Positions 51,493 through 63,965 of a DNA stretch of 64,000 nt are shown one piece after another. Positions within the stretch are counted from its first letter, which is position 1. Each line of letters starts with the position of its first letter. Both the position numbers and the translations under genes were made by a program. The notes beneath the pieces are model-generated. The model was not told where the DNA came from and did not search any database. It saw nothing but the letters and a program-made list of their open reading frames with translations. This DNA comes from Octopus sinensis (lineage: Eukaryota). Location of the stretch: assembly GCF_006345805.1 (NCBI RefSeq), contig NC_043000.1, positions 47,678,001-47,742,000 of the forward strand. Reading direction: 5' to 3'.

Positions 51493-51505
51493 ATGAAACC
51501 AGTAG
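51270..51505 (+). mobile_element. SINE family C
   Basis: gaaggcacatggcttagtggttaagg head; TA tract in the body. Confidence 0.85.
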
Positions 51506-51730
51506 GCTACAGACGTGCAACCTTTTAATTTTGCTTTTTCTTCAGGTAATACATAGCTTCTGCTCTTCAAACCATGCTGGTTCATTATTATCTTCACCCA
51601 AGCTTACCTGATAAATTCTTCTCTCCTCCTCTTGACAGCTATACCATTCCAACACCAGGTCTCCACACTAACTGCTATACCCAATCCTTATCCTTCAGGA
51701 TTTCAGCTTCTAAAACTCTTAAAATAAATA

Positions 51731-51978
51731 AATGCACCCTTTTAAAGCCTACCAGTCCCATTGGGCTGGTTTCCCGGTTTCAATGGCATATGTGTTCCCC
51801 ACCTGGATGGGATGCCAGTCCATCACAGCATTACTCCTTTTTGCCAGCTGAGTGGACTGGAGCTACGTGAAATGAAGTGTTTTGCTCAAGAACACAATGA
51901 GTCACCCAGTCCAGGAATCAAAACCACAATCTTATGATCATGATGCTGACACCCTAACCAATAAGCCGCATGCCTCCA
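51731..51978 (-). mobile_element. SINE family C, CpG-decayed
   Basis: Colinear with 3821-4065 but with CpG>TpG/CpA changes. Confidence 0.88.
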
Positions 51979-53704
51979 CTCCTAAAACTCTTACCTTGCT
52001 CATTATTTTGGAACAGTTATTGACTTGTAGTTGTTTCAAAATAAATATCAAATGCATTGAGCTTAGAGAATCCTCAAACATCATTCATGCAACTTTCATT
52101 GTCTTCATTAAGCCATTAACAAAAACATCCTACTATTCACCATTGTTCACCATTCTGATATCTATTAATAATAATTTCTTTGGATTAGTACAAGGAGAAA
52201 AATTGAAGCAGTGAAGTGGCAAAACCTTTACTTTCATTATATGTATAAGCATATTTCTTAATCATGTGAGAAAGATACTAGATTAAAAACTGTCACTTGA
52301 TGCTATAACAAGATACTCCTGAATAGCAGTTTTAAAAATAAACCCAATATAAAGCCAGCATAATGACTCAAGGAATAGAAATAGAAGAATGTTATGATTC
52401 TAACTTCACCTTTTAGCATTCAGATTTCTCTCTCAAATGCAATGCTTATTTATTCACATTGTTTTAAATTAATCATGCACTACCTTGTAGCTGTGAGATT
52501 TCGATTGCTTAGTTTCAAAATGACAATGTAGGGTTGGTGTGAGAAACATCTGGCTTGTTTGAACATAAAAATGGAAAAATTTGGGGGCCAAATATGACCA
52601 GTTTAAATGCTAAAGGGTTAAAATATAAATGTTATGACTAACATAGTGAAAGAATGCATTACTGGCTTAATTCAATATATAATATATAATTTGACATTTG
52701 CTTCAGTCCCTTTTGCTCTGAATTCAAATCACACTGGAATCAACTTTGCTGTTTCTCCTTTCAAGTCTGTTTAATACTAGGATTGATTCTTTCTCTCCCC
52801 CACTCTCCCTCTCTCTGTCTATCTGTCTATCTCTCTCTCTCTGTCTGTCTCTGTCTCTCTCTCCCTCTCTTCTCCTTTCACTCTCACCCATTCTCACAAC
52901 TGGCTTTTATACTCAAATCTGAACATAACAACAGAGCTTTGACAAGAGGGATTGTTCCGCATCATTTAGCATGTGTTGGTGTCATATGAATGGAATTGAC
53001 ACTGCACTGAAGTAGAATAACTGCTAGGAAAGAAAAAAATGTTATTTATCTAGGGACACAATTTGAATTTCATATACTGAGAAATATAACTTATAGACAG
53101 ATAAACAGAAAATAGTAATAGAAAACACAACATATACGTGTGTACATACATATACATATATAGGTGTATAAATATACATACATATATATGTACACAAATA
53201 GTCGAAGTTGAGGGAATGAAGCAAGTAAAATCCAGACTACATTTGTTTCCTAGCTATCAGAACTTCAGAAATAATAATCACCCAACAAAGGGCATCCCAC
53301 AAGCAACTCATCAAGCTGAAGATGAGACACCTTAAAGACAATGTAACCTTCATTTAACTAAGGTATCTTCAGCATGATGAGTGGCTAGTGGAGTACCACT
53401 CATTGAGTAATTATAACTACCAAAGTTCTGATAGCCAAGGAACATATGTAGTCTGGACTTACCTACTCCATTGACTTAATTTGGATTTTTATTTGCATTT
53501 CATAGTTTTTAATCGTAAACTATAGAATAACTTTTTTTCAGCTTACCAAACTTCGTAATGGGAAAAACCTTCAACCTTCTACGTCAATAAACTATTATTG
53601 ATCCTGGAAGTTGTTTTTTATACCTACCACAGACTGCTTCAAGCTTACTAACTTCCTACACAGAGTTACTTGGATCTTACAATTACACATCATCATATAT
53701 ATAT

Positions 53705-53738
<34 letters not shown>

Positions 53739-53766
53739 ATATATATATATGCATATATGCATATAC

Positions 53767-54146
53767 TCTGTTTTTACTCTTTTACTTGTTTCAGTCATTG
53801 GACTGCGGCCAGGCTGGAGCACCGCCTTTAGTCGAGCAAATCGACCCTAGGACTTATTCTTTGTAAGCCTAGTACTTATTCTATCGGTGTCTTTTACCAA
53901 ACCACTAAGTTACAGAGACCTAAACACACCAGCATCGGTTGTCAAGCGATGTTGGGGGGAGGACAAACACAGACACACAAACACACACATATATACATAT
54001 ACATATATATGACAGGCTTCTTTCAGTTTCCGTCTACCAAATCCACTCACAAGGCTTTGGTCAGCCTGAGGCTATAGTAAAAGACACTTGCCCAAGGTGC
54101 CACGCAGTGGGACTGAACCCGGAGCCATGTGGTTGGTAAGCAACTA
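53767..54146 (-). mobile_element. SINE family A
   Basis: Head and tail present. Confidence 0.88.
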
Positions 54147-54606
54147 TATATATATATACACACACATATATATATATAGAAGGTTGAAAAGGAACACACG
54201 AGTTGATATATATATGGAAAAAAAAAGTCAAGGCAGAAAATGCTAAAATAATTTTATCAAATACATTTCAGTACCGGTTCCAGTCATTGAGTCTTTTTCA
54301 ACTGTAAGTATGGAAAACAATTAAATTTTGGAAAAATAAAGAGAAAAGTTTTTTTAAAAGAATATTTGCATAGTATTCAAATACAAGGGGCATTTTCCTT
54401 GTTTCTGCCTGTCTCTGTCTCTCTTGTTTACTCTTGTGGGTTCGAGGTCGTTGTGAATACTTGGCTGGGAAGAAAGGAGAATAAGAAGAAGAAGGAGGAG
54501 GAGGAGGAGAAGACAAATAATGTGGGAGTGCCATGCTAGTAGTAGGATTTTAAGCGGTCAAGTGCCCTGAAAGTGACTTGTGAATGGTAGTAGTGATTGA
54601 ATTCTT

Positions 54607-56720
54607 GAGACATCTCTTTTGAATGTATTGTTTATAAAATTTGCGTAGGTGTTATTCTAAACAGCAATAGTGGTAAAGTTAGGAAGGAGGTGGCAGAGAG
54701 GAAGATGACGAAGAAGAAGGAGAAAGAGAAGGGAGAATAAGAGAGGAATGTAGGTGGCATGATAGTAGTAGGATGTTAAATGGTCAAGTGACCTAAAATT
54801 AACTCGTTATGGATTATAGCAGTGATTGGAACTGTTTATTTAATGAATTCTTGGGAATCTCTTGAGTGGGTCATTTTTAATATTTGCGTGTGTGTCTGTG
54901 TTATTCTAAAGCCGTGATCCATGTTAAACCTATACAGAGAAGGGCTCACCAACAAAGAATATGACTATATGACCAATTTCAAAAGTAAAAGCAGTCAATT
55001 CGACGGTATTCCCAAGATACACAAAAGTGAGAAAATAAGTAATACATGCAAGAGAGCCACAGACATAATAATCAAAGCCCCTACTCCTAATGACCTCAAT
55101 TTGAGGCCTATAATTGCAGGTCCTGCATGCAAAACCCACCACCTCAGTAACGTTTTAGATATTCTCTTAAAACCATTCCTCAAGCGTGTCAAAAGCTATA
55201 TAAAGGACGACCTGGATATGCCCAATCACCTTCCTGAAACAATAAACAAAAACACCCTACTCTATTCCAATATCCCCACAACCTAGGAACAAAGGCAATT
55301 CAATTCTGGCTAGAGAATTACGCCAACGAACTCCCACATCGCATCAAAAAAGAATTCGTGATAGAAGGGCTAAAATTTATCTTGGAGAATAACTACTTCG
55401 TCTTCAAAGACAACTTCTATCGAAAAGATTGGGGACTACGATGGGTACGAGAATGACCCCTCTCCTTTGCTAACCTAGTCATGGGATATCTAGAAATTAG
55501 TCTTTATTGTAAGGTTCTAGAAAAATACGACAGCCCATTCTTCCTCTACATAGAAAATAACTGGAAGAGATACCTGGATGACTGTTTCATTTTTTGGCAT
55601 GAAAGTATAGAGAGACTTAAAGAATTCCAAGCACTTATAAATGGACTTGACGTGAACATTCAATTCACAATGGAATATAGCCAGCAACAACCTCCCTTCC
55701 TTGACATCCTCATAAATAAATCTAACAACGTAATAGAAACGGATATATACTATATATACTAAATTCCCAAACTAAAGAATTTACAACCAAAAGCCCTACC
55801 ATACATATCCACACACAATCCTCTTAACAATGAAGCCTTAGACACCATCCTTCAAAACATTCTCCTACTAAAAATGGACCACAAAATGAACTTAATACTC
55901 CAAACACACACTATCATAAAAAGCAAGAGACAACCCAAATCTATGAAAAGTCTCCTAACACAAACCCGAATTCGCTCAACAACAACACAGAAGCCATCAG
56001 TAAAAAATGTGGAAGAGCCAACTATGGAATACACGTCAATTTAATTGAGGGATCAGAGTTCTCCTTCAAACAGGGACAACGTTTCACAGTGAAAAGCAGC
56101 TTCACATGTACTTCGGAGAACCTGATATACGCACTAGCCTTCTCTAGGTGTCAAGAGCAATACATAGGCCAAACTAAAAACAGTCTATGTAAAAGGATGG
56201 CTCTGCACAGATCCCAGATCAAAATTCCCCAAAACAGAAAACAGCATTCAGCCAACACATCGACATTTGCACCAATAACAAAATTTCAAGCTTCAGAATT
56301 TTTCCCCTTTACCAATTCAGGGACAATACAACCTGTAGCCAACGAATTAGTAAAGAGATTCTCTTTATTACAAAATACAGGTCCCTTTTGAACGCATCTA
56401 CAACAAACAACATATCCACCACGGCCTTAGAATAACACAAACATACACATAAATATCAAAAATGATACACTCAAGTGATTCCTAAGAATTCATTACAAAA
56501 CAGTCCCAATCACTGCTATAATCCATAATGATCCACTTGACCATTTAACATCCTACTACTATCATACCACCTACAGTCCTCTCTTATTCTCCCTTCTCTT
56601 TTTCTTTCTTCTTCTTTGTCTTCTTCCTCTCCCCCACCTCCTACCTAACTTTACCACTATTGCTGTTTAGAATAACACCTACGCAAATTTTATAAACAAT
56701 ATATTCAAAAGACATGTCTT
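54607..56720 (+). mobile_element. Penelope-like element with inverted terminal (pseudo-LTR) repeats
   Basis: 54607-54916 is the reverse complement of 56420-56720 (visibly diverged); they enclose a decayed RT plus GIY-YIG ORF. Confidence 0.88.
54921..56400 (+). pseudogene. PLE reverse transcriptase plus GIY-YIG, frameshifted and internally deleted
   Basis: FDGIPKIHK..LRPII; ILENNYF; WKRYLDDCF; PFLDILI; LPYISTHNP; FTCTSENLIY..EQYIGQTKNSLCKRM..H. Confidence 0.92.
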
Positions 56721-57241
56721 AAAAAGGCTGACAGGAATAGTACTGTGTGAGACCTTTGCAACTGGAGGTCTGAAAACTGCGCTTTGATCAGCTGGTCTCA
56801 GAGACATGGTGTTCGAGCACCAGATATAGTAACCTTTACGAGGGACTAGCAAAAGTCCTTAATAATTGACATAGACGAGCTTGATCAACATATTGTCATG
56901 AAAGAAAGAGCAAAGGTCCACAAATATGGGACCTGAAAACTGAAAAAAATTGATTTTACTTGGGAGCTGCACGTGTATTGTATAAAGTACTGTTTGTCTG
57001 AGGCCCTTGCTGTGACTTGACAAGCTACACAAATCCTCAGTACACATAATATCTTCAATCTACAATGTTGTATTCTGTGCAATGTCTATGATAACAATAA
57101 TAACAGAAAGAGCAACAACTAAATACATTTAAAAATATATATTTTTCTGTCTGCAATTCTAGAATCCATCTGAAGAATTGGTTGGTAAATAATATTTTTC
57201 ACATCAAAATATGAGTAACACACTATCTTTTATTTATTTTT

Positions 57242-57282
<41 letters not shown>

Positions 57283-57584
57283 GTGTGCCTATAGGACAAA
57301 AGAATGAAAACTATAAAGAAAGAAATATTGTATCATATCAAATATATAAATATTTCCAATATCGTAAGATGGAGATATGCAAACATTTTGCTGATAGGTT
57401 ATGAATTTTTAACCTTGTAATGGCTCTATCTTTATATAATAGATATTCATTGATGTTCAGCAGGAAATTGATGTTTAATGAGAGTATAGTTTAGTGGTTT
57501 TAGTACTGAGACCTAATAGCTATAACAAAGTTTAAAGTTTTAAAGATAAGTCTATATGTAAGAATAATTGCTACTTATTTAGGC

Positions 57585-57775
57585 ATAATGCCAGCGAGTA
57601 TAAGCGGGAGTTAGTTGACATCATCGAGCCCAGTACTTGACTGGTACTTAATTTAATGACCCCCAAAGGATGAAAAGCAAAGGTGAACTTGGTAAAATTT
57701 GAACTCGCGTCATTAAGTGTAGGGATAAATACTGCAAGACAATTTTTCCAATGATCTAACGATTTGGCCACTTCA
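57585..57775 (-). mobile_element. SINE family B, old monomer
   Basis: gactggtacttaatttaatgacccccaaaggatgaaaagcaaag..atttgaactc. Confidence 0.7.
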
Positions 57776-57924
57776 CCAGCTTTATAGAGAGAAATTGTAT
57801 GAAACATTAAATAACAGGTGAGTTTTTATGCACTCGCATGACCTGCTAGAAATACCAGCCAAATCACTATACAATCCCACCTGTGCACTTTACAAAAATG
57901 AAATAAAAAAGGATATATTATTTC

Positions 57925-58025
57925 AAATTGGAGTTTGGTGCAGCCTCTCAGCTTACCAGCCCTGGTCAAACCGTCCAAGCCATGCCAGCATAGGCAATGG
58001 TTGTTAAATGCTGATGATAATGATG
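57925..58025 (+). mobile_element. RTE 3' tail fragment
   Basis: gtcaaaccgtccaagccatgccagcat..gttaaatgctgatgat. Confidence 0.7.
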
Positions 58026-58049
58026 AATGCTGTTCATGGTACACTTGAC

Positions 58050-58156
58050 CTGGTCTTGCTGTTAGATTGAAGATGGTCATGGATGAGAGAGTGGGACTGA
58101 CAGTACACAACTCTTCTTCACTTTGAACAGAGTCACTGCATGAAAACATCGTCATC
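58050..58156 (-). CDS. Candidate 107-nt exon of unidentified - strand gene
   Basis: cttattatag|G ATG ACG..; (W)MTMFSCSDSVQSEEELCTVSPTLSSMTIFNLTARP; phase matches exon 63021-63079; donor uncertain (58050 gtcaag or 58045 gtgtac). Confidence 0.4.
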
Positions 58157-58208
58157 CTATAATAAGTAGATGGCTCTCTTCATTCTGACAGACAAACATG
58201 CAATGTAA

Positions 58209-58600
58209 TCTCTCTATATATAAAGCTGAAGTTGTCTGTGTATGGCAGGTTTGGTAGCCTTCAACTAACACTATCTCCTCCGAGACCCTGCGATGCAAGT
58301 TAACCAAAATTGAGAGTATGATAGAAGAAGGCTTGCTCTTTATTCCATAGAAGAAAAATTCAAATCGGACCATGTTAACACCAAATATTATTTACATCAA
58401 AAAGGTGCTTTTTTTCTATGAAAATCCCTATTTTTTACGATTTTTTGACTGCTATGTCACCATTTTTCGGTGTATTTCAACCAGAAAAATGTTCACTTGA
58501 AGAGAATAACAAGCTACATAATGCAAAATTTTTTACTTTTCAAAAATTCCAATTCTAATGGGTTGAAACAAGCCCGTGCAACACCAGGCGATAACTCTTG
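58209..58600 (+). mobile_element. Non-autonomous Helitron, older and CpG-decayed
   Basis: A|TCtctctatatataaag ... cccgtgcaacaccaggcgataactCTTG|T; termini related to 9555-9937. Confidence 0.75.
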
Positions 58601-59721
58601 TACTTTATAATTTTCAAGGATGTTTTCTCTTCCAAGGTTGCACCTTTCATTCTAACCACATATCTAAAATTTACACAACCCTAGGAAACAAATGTTTCAC
58701 AAAAGCCAATTTCAAAGGAAATTATATATTTTTATAGTTATCAATAAACCTCCACCAGTCTAAACGTTTACAAAATTATAGTATAATTCTCATGGGTGTT
58801 GCTGTTTCATTTATTATTATTACAATCCATAATATTGAAGAGTTCATATTCAACCTTAGTTGCATTTCATACTTCCAAGTTTTTCATGCCCCAACTTAAT
58901 GGGGTCACTTTTATATACCTTTAATAATAAATAATGAGCTTTTTTAATACAAGCCTGTACATGAGCATGAGGCTTTCGTGACTTCATGTATATCAACAGT
59001 TAGTAATTACAATATAAAATAAATTTAGAACATTTGGAAATATAATTATTTTAGCAGTAACTACTTTCAAACATCCATATATGTTATCTTCCAACTACTT
59101 TTGTGCTTTTGGGATATATGATAATAAGTCTTATAGAACACACTGCATATGCTTAATTATCCATGCTTAAATAACGCAAACACTTGTGTGTATGTTAATA
59201 CACATGCATATATGCATGCACTCACACATGTGAATGTATGTGTGTGTTAGTGTGTGTGTGTGTGTTTATATATGTAAATGTAAATATATATGTTTATATA
59301 AATGCATACATGCACAGACGCACACACACATATACACACAAAGAGATAGACATAAACTCAGTAGAACAAAGAATACAAATAGAACTCAATACATGGGTAT
59401 GTATATACACACACACACATTCATACATATGTGCGTGTGTGTGTGTAAAAAGGATGAATTAGATTCGTCATTTAATTCGGAGGTTTCCAAAAATAAAAGA
59501 TTTTTCATATTTTGCTGGTAGCTTACTGGCATAAGTTTGTAAATATGGGAATAATACTTGTATATGAAGTGTTGTAAATTTATGGAAAGGAATCCTATAA
59601 CTCAACAACTTTGTTAAAAATGGAGAAGAGAAGAGAAGATGTTAAAATATATAAGAGAATTTTAAATTCTCTCATCTATTTTAAAATTCTCGTGAATTCA
59701 CAACACACCATATACAAGTAT

Positions 59722-60245
59722 ATATCATCATCATTTTATGTCCGCTTTCCATGCAAGCATGGGTTGGATGGTTTGACTGAGGACTAGCGAACCAGATGGC
59801 TGCACCAGACTCCAATCTGATCTGGCAGAGTTTCTACAGCTGGATTCCCTCCTTAATGCTAACCACTCTGAGGGTGTACTGGGTGCTTTTACATGCCACC
59901 GGCATGAGGGCCAGTCAGGCAATGTAATACTTTTTATCGGCCATGCTCAAATGGTGTTTTTTTACATACCACCTGCACAGGAGCCAGTCCAGCAGCACTG
60001 GCAACAACCTTGTTCGAATGTTTTTTCACATGCCACCAGCATTTTTATGTGCCACCGGCATGGAAGCCAGTCAGCTGCTCTGGTAATGATCACACTCAGA
60101 TGGTGCTCTTAGCACTCCACTGGCACAGGTACCAGTCATCGAATTTGATTCAATTTCACTTGCCTCAAAAGGTCTTAGTGTCCAATAAAGGAAAGGTACA
60201 CATAAGTGGGCTGGTTACACCCCTGGCATAGGCCACAGGTTATGG
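59722..60245 (-). mobile_element. RTE 3' UTR fragment
   Basis: catcatcat..gtccgctttccatgcaagcatgggttggatgg; colinear with 47753-48230. Confidence 0.82.
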
Positions 60246-60446
60246 TCTCCCATGGCTTGTCAGGTCTTCTCACACACTGCATATTTCCAAAGAGTTTGAT
60301 CACTGGTTATGTCCAGGTATCAATACATTATGGCCGTTTCGAGCAGCTCTCTTTAATCAATCAATGGAAACATTACATCAATTTAAAAGAAACCGCTCTC
60401 CTCAGATGTAGAATACCATATAGATTTCCAATATAAAGGATAAAAA

Positions 60447-60861
60447 GGCGGCGAGCTGGCAGAAACGTTAGCATGCCGGGCGAAATGCTCAGCGGTATTT
60501 CGTCTGTTGTTATGTTCTGAGTTCAAATTCCGCCGAGTTCGACTTTGCCTTTCATCCTTTCGAGGTCGATAAATTAAGTACCAGTTACGCACTGGGGTCG
60601 ATGTAATCGACTTAATAACTATGTCTGTCCTTGTTTGTCCCCTCTGTGTTTAGCCCCTTGTGGGTAATAAAGAAATAGGTATTTCGTCTGTCGTTACGTT
60701 CTGAGTTCAAATTCCGCCAAGGTCGACTTTGCCTTTCATCCTTTCAAGGTCGATAAATAAAGTACCAGTTTCGCACTGGGGTCGATGTAATCAACTTAAT
60801 CCCTTTGTCTGTCCTTGTTTGTCCCCTCTATGTTTAGCCCCTTGTGGGTAGTAAAGAAATA
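60447..60861 (+). mobile_element. SINE family B, young dimer with perfect 15-bp TSD
   Basis: TSD aatataaaggataaa at 60430-60444 and 60862-60876. Confidence 0.93.
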
Positions 60862-61069
60862 AATATAAAGGATAAACAATGTTTAACAAATTTATATCAA
60901 TACTAGAAACCAAACTAATTACATTGTTTCATTATGTTATATTTGTGGTAGAATATATTATAATTATAATTTAGAGAGTAGCAGAGGAAAATAGTGGGGA
61001 GGGGGTCAAGATATAGGAGTGGTGAGATAGTTTTTTATATTTAGAAGGCATATATATATATATATATAT

Positions 61070-61290
61070 CCAACCCATGCTAGCATGGAAAGCGGACGTT
61101 AAATGATGATGATGATGATGATGATACATACACGACTGGCATCTTTTAGCTTCTGTTTACCAAATCCACTCACAAGGCTTTTGTCAACCCGAGGCTGTAG
61201 TAGAATATACTTGCTCAAGGTGCCACGCAGTGAGACTGAACCCAGAACCATGTGGTTAAGAAGCAAGCTTCTTACCCAACAGCCACTGGG
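61070..61290. mobile_element. RTE 3' tail (+) abutting a SINE A head (-)
   Basis: ccaacccatgctagcatggaaagcggacgttaaatgatgatg, then the reverse-strand A head. Confidence 0.8.
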
Positions 61291-61450
61291 CTGCAGATTT
61301 TTTTATTTTTAACAGGTAGAAGTTACAAAGCATTTCAAGTGCTGAGATTTTCATATATGCCACTTATAAGTACCTTTGAGTCACTCTGCAACTTCTGCCA
61401 GTGAACACTAGTACATGATCAGAGAGAGAGAAAGGGAATGTATGCACATA

Positions 61451-62703
61451 CAAGGGTCAGCTGAAAAGTTCATAAGCAAACCAAGATACTCTCATGGACT
61501 GTGACTAAATGAGATTTATATTGTTTTCAGCAATTATTGCAGTCCACACATTTCTTCCATTTGTGTTGCAGTGCTTTAATCCCATTGTTGAAGAAGCTTT
61601 CATCCTGTGAGTAAAAAACCTCATCAACAGTAGATATGATATCACCATCACTGCAATACTGGTTCACAGTCAAGTGTTATTTATGTTGAAGAAGTAAGAT
61701 AAAGTCAAATCAGGAGAAGAGGGAGTATGATCAACCAGTTCAAAGCCACAGTCATGCACAGCAGCCACTAAAACTAAGGACTTATATGCTGGAGTATTGT
61801 CCGGCTGAATTATAGCCCTTTTCATCAGTTTTCCTGGGCGGTTAGTCTTGATAGCCTTTCATAACTGCCTCAGCAAATTGGCATGGTACTCTCCATCGAT
61901 GGTGTGGCCCTTTTAAAATAGTCAATAAATGCAATGCCTTTTGCATCTCAAAACATTGAAGCAATCATCTTTCCTGCAGATGAAATAATTATAGCCTTCT
62001 TTGGAGCTGGTGAGGAAGGATGTTTCCCCTGCATGGACTGTCTCTTTGTCTCTCGCTCAAAGTGATGAAACCAACACTCATCCTGGTTTAGGAAACGTTC
62101 AAGGTAATCAGCTTGATCTGCTTCAAATGATGTCAGATTTTCCGGTGAGGTAATCAGCCTGGTACACTTACGATCATGTGTCAGAAGACATGATACTCAG
62201 TGAGCAGAAACCTGTGTCATAACATGTTCATCCTGCAGAATATTCTGAACTTTCATGCAGAAAATGCTAATAGCATTGGTAATTTGACTTACAGTCAACT
62301 GTCTGTTATCTATGACCATGTGGTGAATATGATCGATGCCACCTCCATGGTGACAATTGCATGGATGTCCAGACCTTGGGTCATTTTCAAAACTGTCCTG
62401 CCCCCTCCTAAATTCAGCAGCCTACTCTACATTGGTTATGAAGATGAAGTATCATCACTCTATGTAACAACCATGTCAGTATGAATGTCATTGGGGAATA
62501 AACCTTTTTTCTGAAGGTACATGATAACACAACACAATGTCAAATTTTATCTATATGCCTACTTTGAACAGTAAGGCATCAGTTTACCTGGAAAGAAACA
62601 ATGCAGTTATAAATAAGAAGTGTGAAAACTAATGCATGCAAGATTTTACATCTCTAGCAACACTCCTTCATTGTCAGTGTATGAAATTTTCAGCTCACCC
62701 TCT
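61451..62703 (-). mobile_element. Full-length decayed mariner (Tc1/mariner) transposon, ~1.25 kb
   Basis: TIRs CAAGGGTCAGCTGAAAAGTTCATA / reverse complement AGAGGGTGAGCTGAAAATTTCATA (20/24), TA on both sides; transposase remnants RFLNQDECWFHHFERETKRQS, IQPDNTPAYKS, ELVDHTP with stops and frameshifts. Confidence 0.92.
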
Positions 62704-62728
62704 TAGCACTATATGTGCATATATATAT

Positions 62729-62805
<77 letters not shown>

Positions 62806-63020
62806 CATCATCATCATCATTGTTTAACGTCCGCTTTCCATGCTATACACACACACGTACATGTATATATATATATATATATGGTATCGCAAATTTTCAA
62901 ATAGCTTTATTTATGAATATATTGCATTTTAGAAAGATTTCCTTCTCAACAGTGATTTCCGATTGTTATTTAATACAACTTTGTAGACATCAAACTTCAG
63001 ATCAACCAATCAGACAATAC

Positions 63021-63079
63021 CATATAAAATTCACTAAGTCTTCCTTTGTCAGATCAATATCGATTATTTTTGCCCATAG
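63021..63079 (-). CDS. Candidate 59-nt exon of unidentified - strand gene
   Basis: tttttcttttctacacatcacacaaactcctcag| acceptor and TG|gtattg donor; LWAKIIDIDLTKEDLVNFI(W). Confidence 0.45.
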
Positions 63080-63365
63080 CTGAGGAGTTTGTGTGATGTG
63101 TAGAAAAGAAAAACATTAAGTTAATTCTTAATGTCTGTTTATATGTTAGCATCATGACTGTCAAGAATGTTATATATTGGAGATGTGACAAGCACTCGAC
63201 ATGTAAAGTTGAATGTTTACTAACAGAAATGAAATTCAAAACCAGGCTACTAATCACAGTCATGTGCCACTAAAGTGGAAACGGTTGTATCTGCAATGCT
63301 AGAAAGTACTGCTGACTTGCCTGAAAAGACATCAACTATTGTCCAAAATATGATACAAAACTCGT

Positions 63366-63515
63366 TGCTGTGTGGCAAGAAATTTACTTCCCAACTACAT
63401 GGTTCTGGACTCAGATCCACTGTGTGACACCTTAGGTGTCTCCTACTATAGCCTCAGGCCAACCAAAGTCTTGCGAGTGGATTTAATAGTGGGAAACTGA
63501 AAGAAGCCCATCATA
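63366..63515 (+). mobile_element. SINE family A, head
   Basis: gctgtgtggcaagaaatttacttcccaactacatggttctgg..gaaactgaaagaagccc. Confidence 0.8.
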
Positions 63516-63965
63516 TGTATGTGTATATATATGTATACATATATATATTTATATATAACGACCGAAACACCCCCCCCGTCCAATGGATGGTGCTGAGTTG
63601 TCAAACATTTAAACCAAATTTTCTCAAAACAACTTGTCTGACCGTCCCATAGGCCTCCTCTTTGAGAAACACTGATTTAACCTAAATTTGAGACACCAGC
63701 AAAAGAAGAAATAAAGATAAACTTTTTTCTATTCCAAAGAAAAACAATTTTATTCACACAAATATGCAACCGAAGAGTTTCAAGTACCAGTAATGATAAG
63801 GCTGTTGACTGGGAGAACACAAGCATGGTTTAAACAGTAAGCTTGGCAGGAAAGAAACGTGCCTTTAAGCAGTAAACAAAAACAACACAAAATGGAAGGT
63901 GCAGTTATGTTCAGGTTGATGGAAGAAAAGCAGGACAAAAACGGCTTTATCGATCGCATTCTCAC

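Noticed and set aside
54274-54305. Hammerhead-like UUGAAAA..GACU-GGAAC on the minus strand
   Set aside because: Stem II is mismatched and the GAAA box is broken
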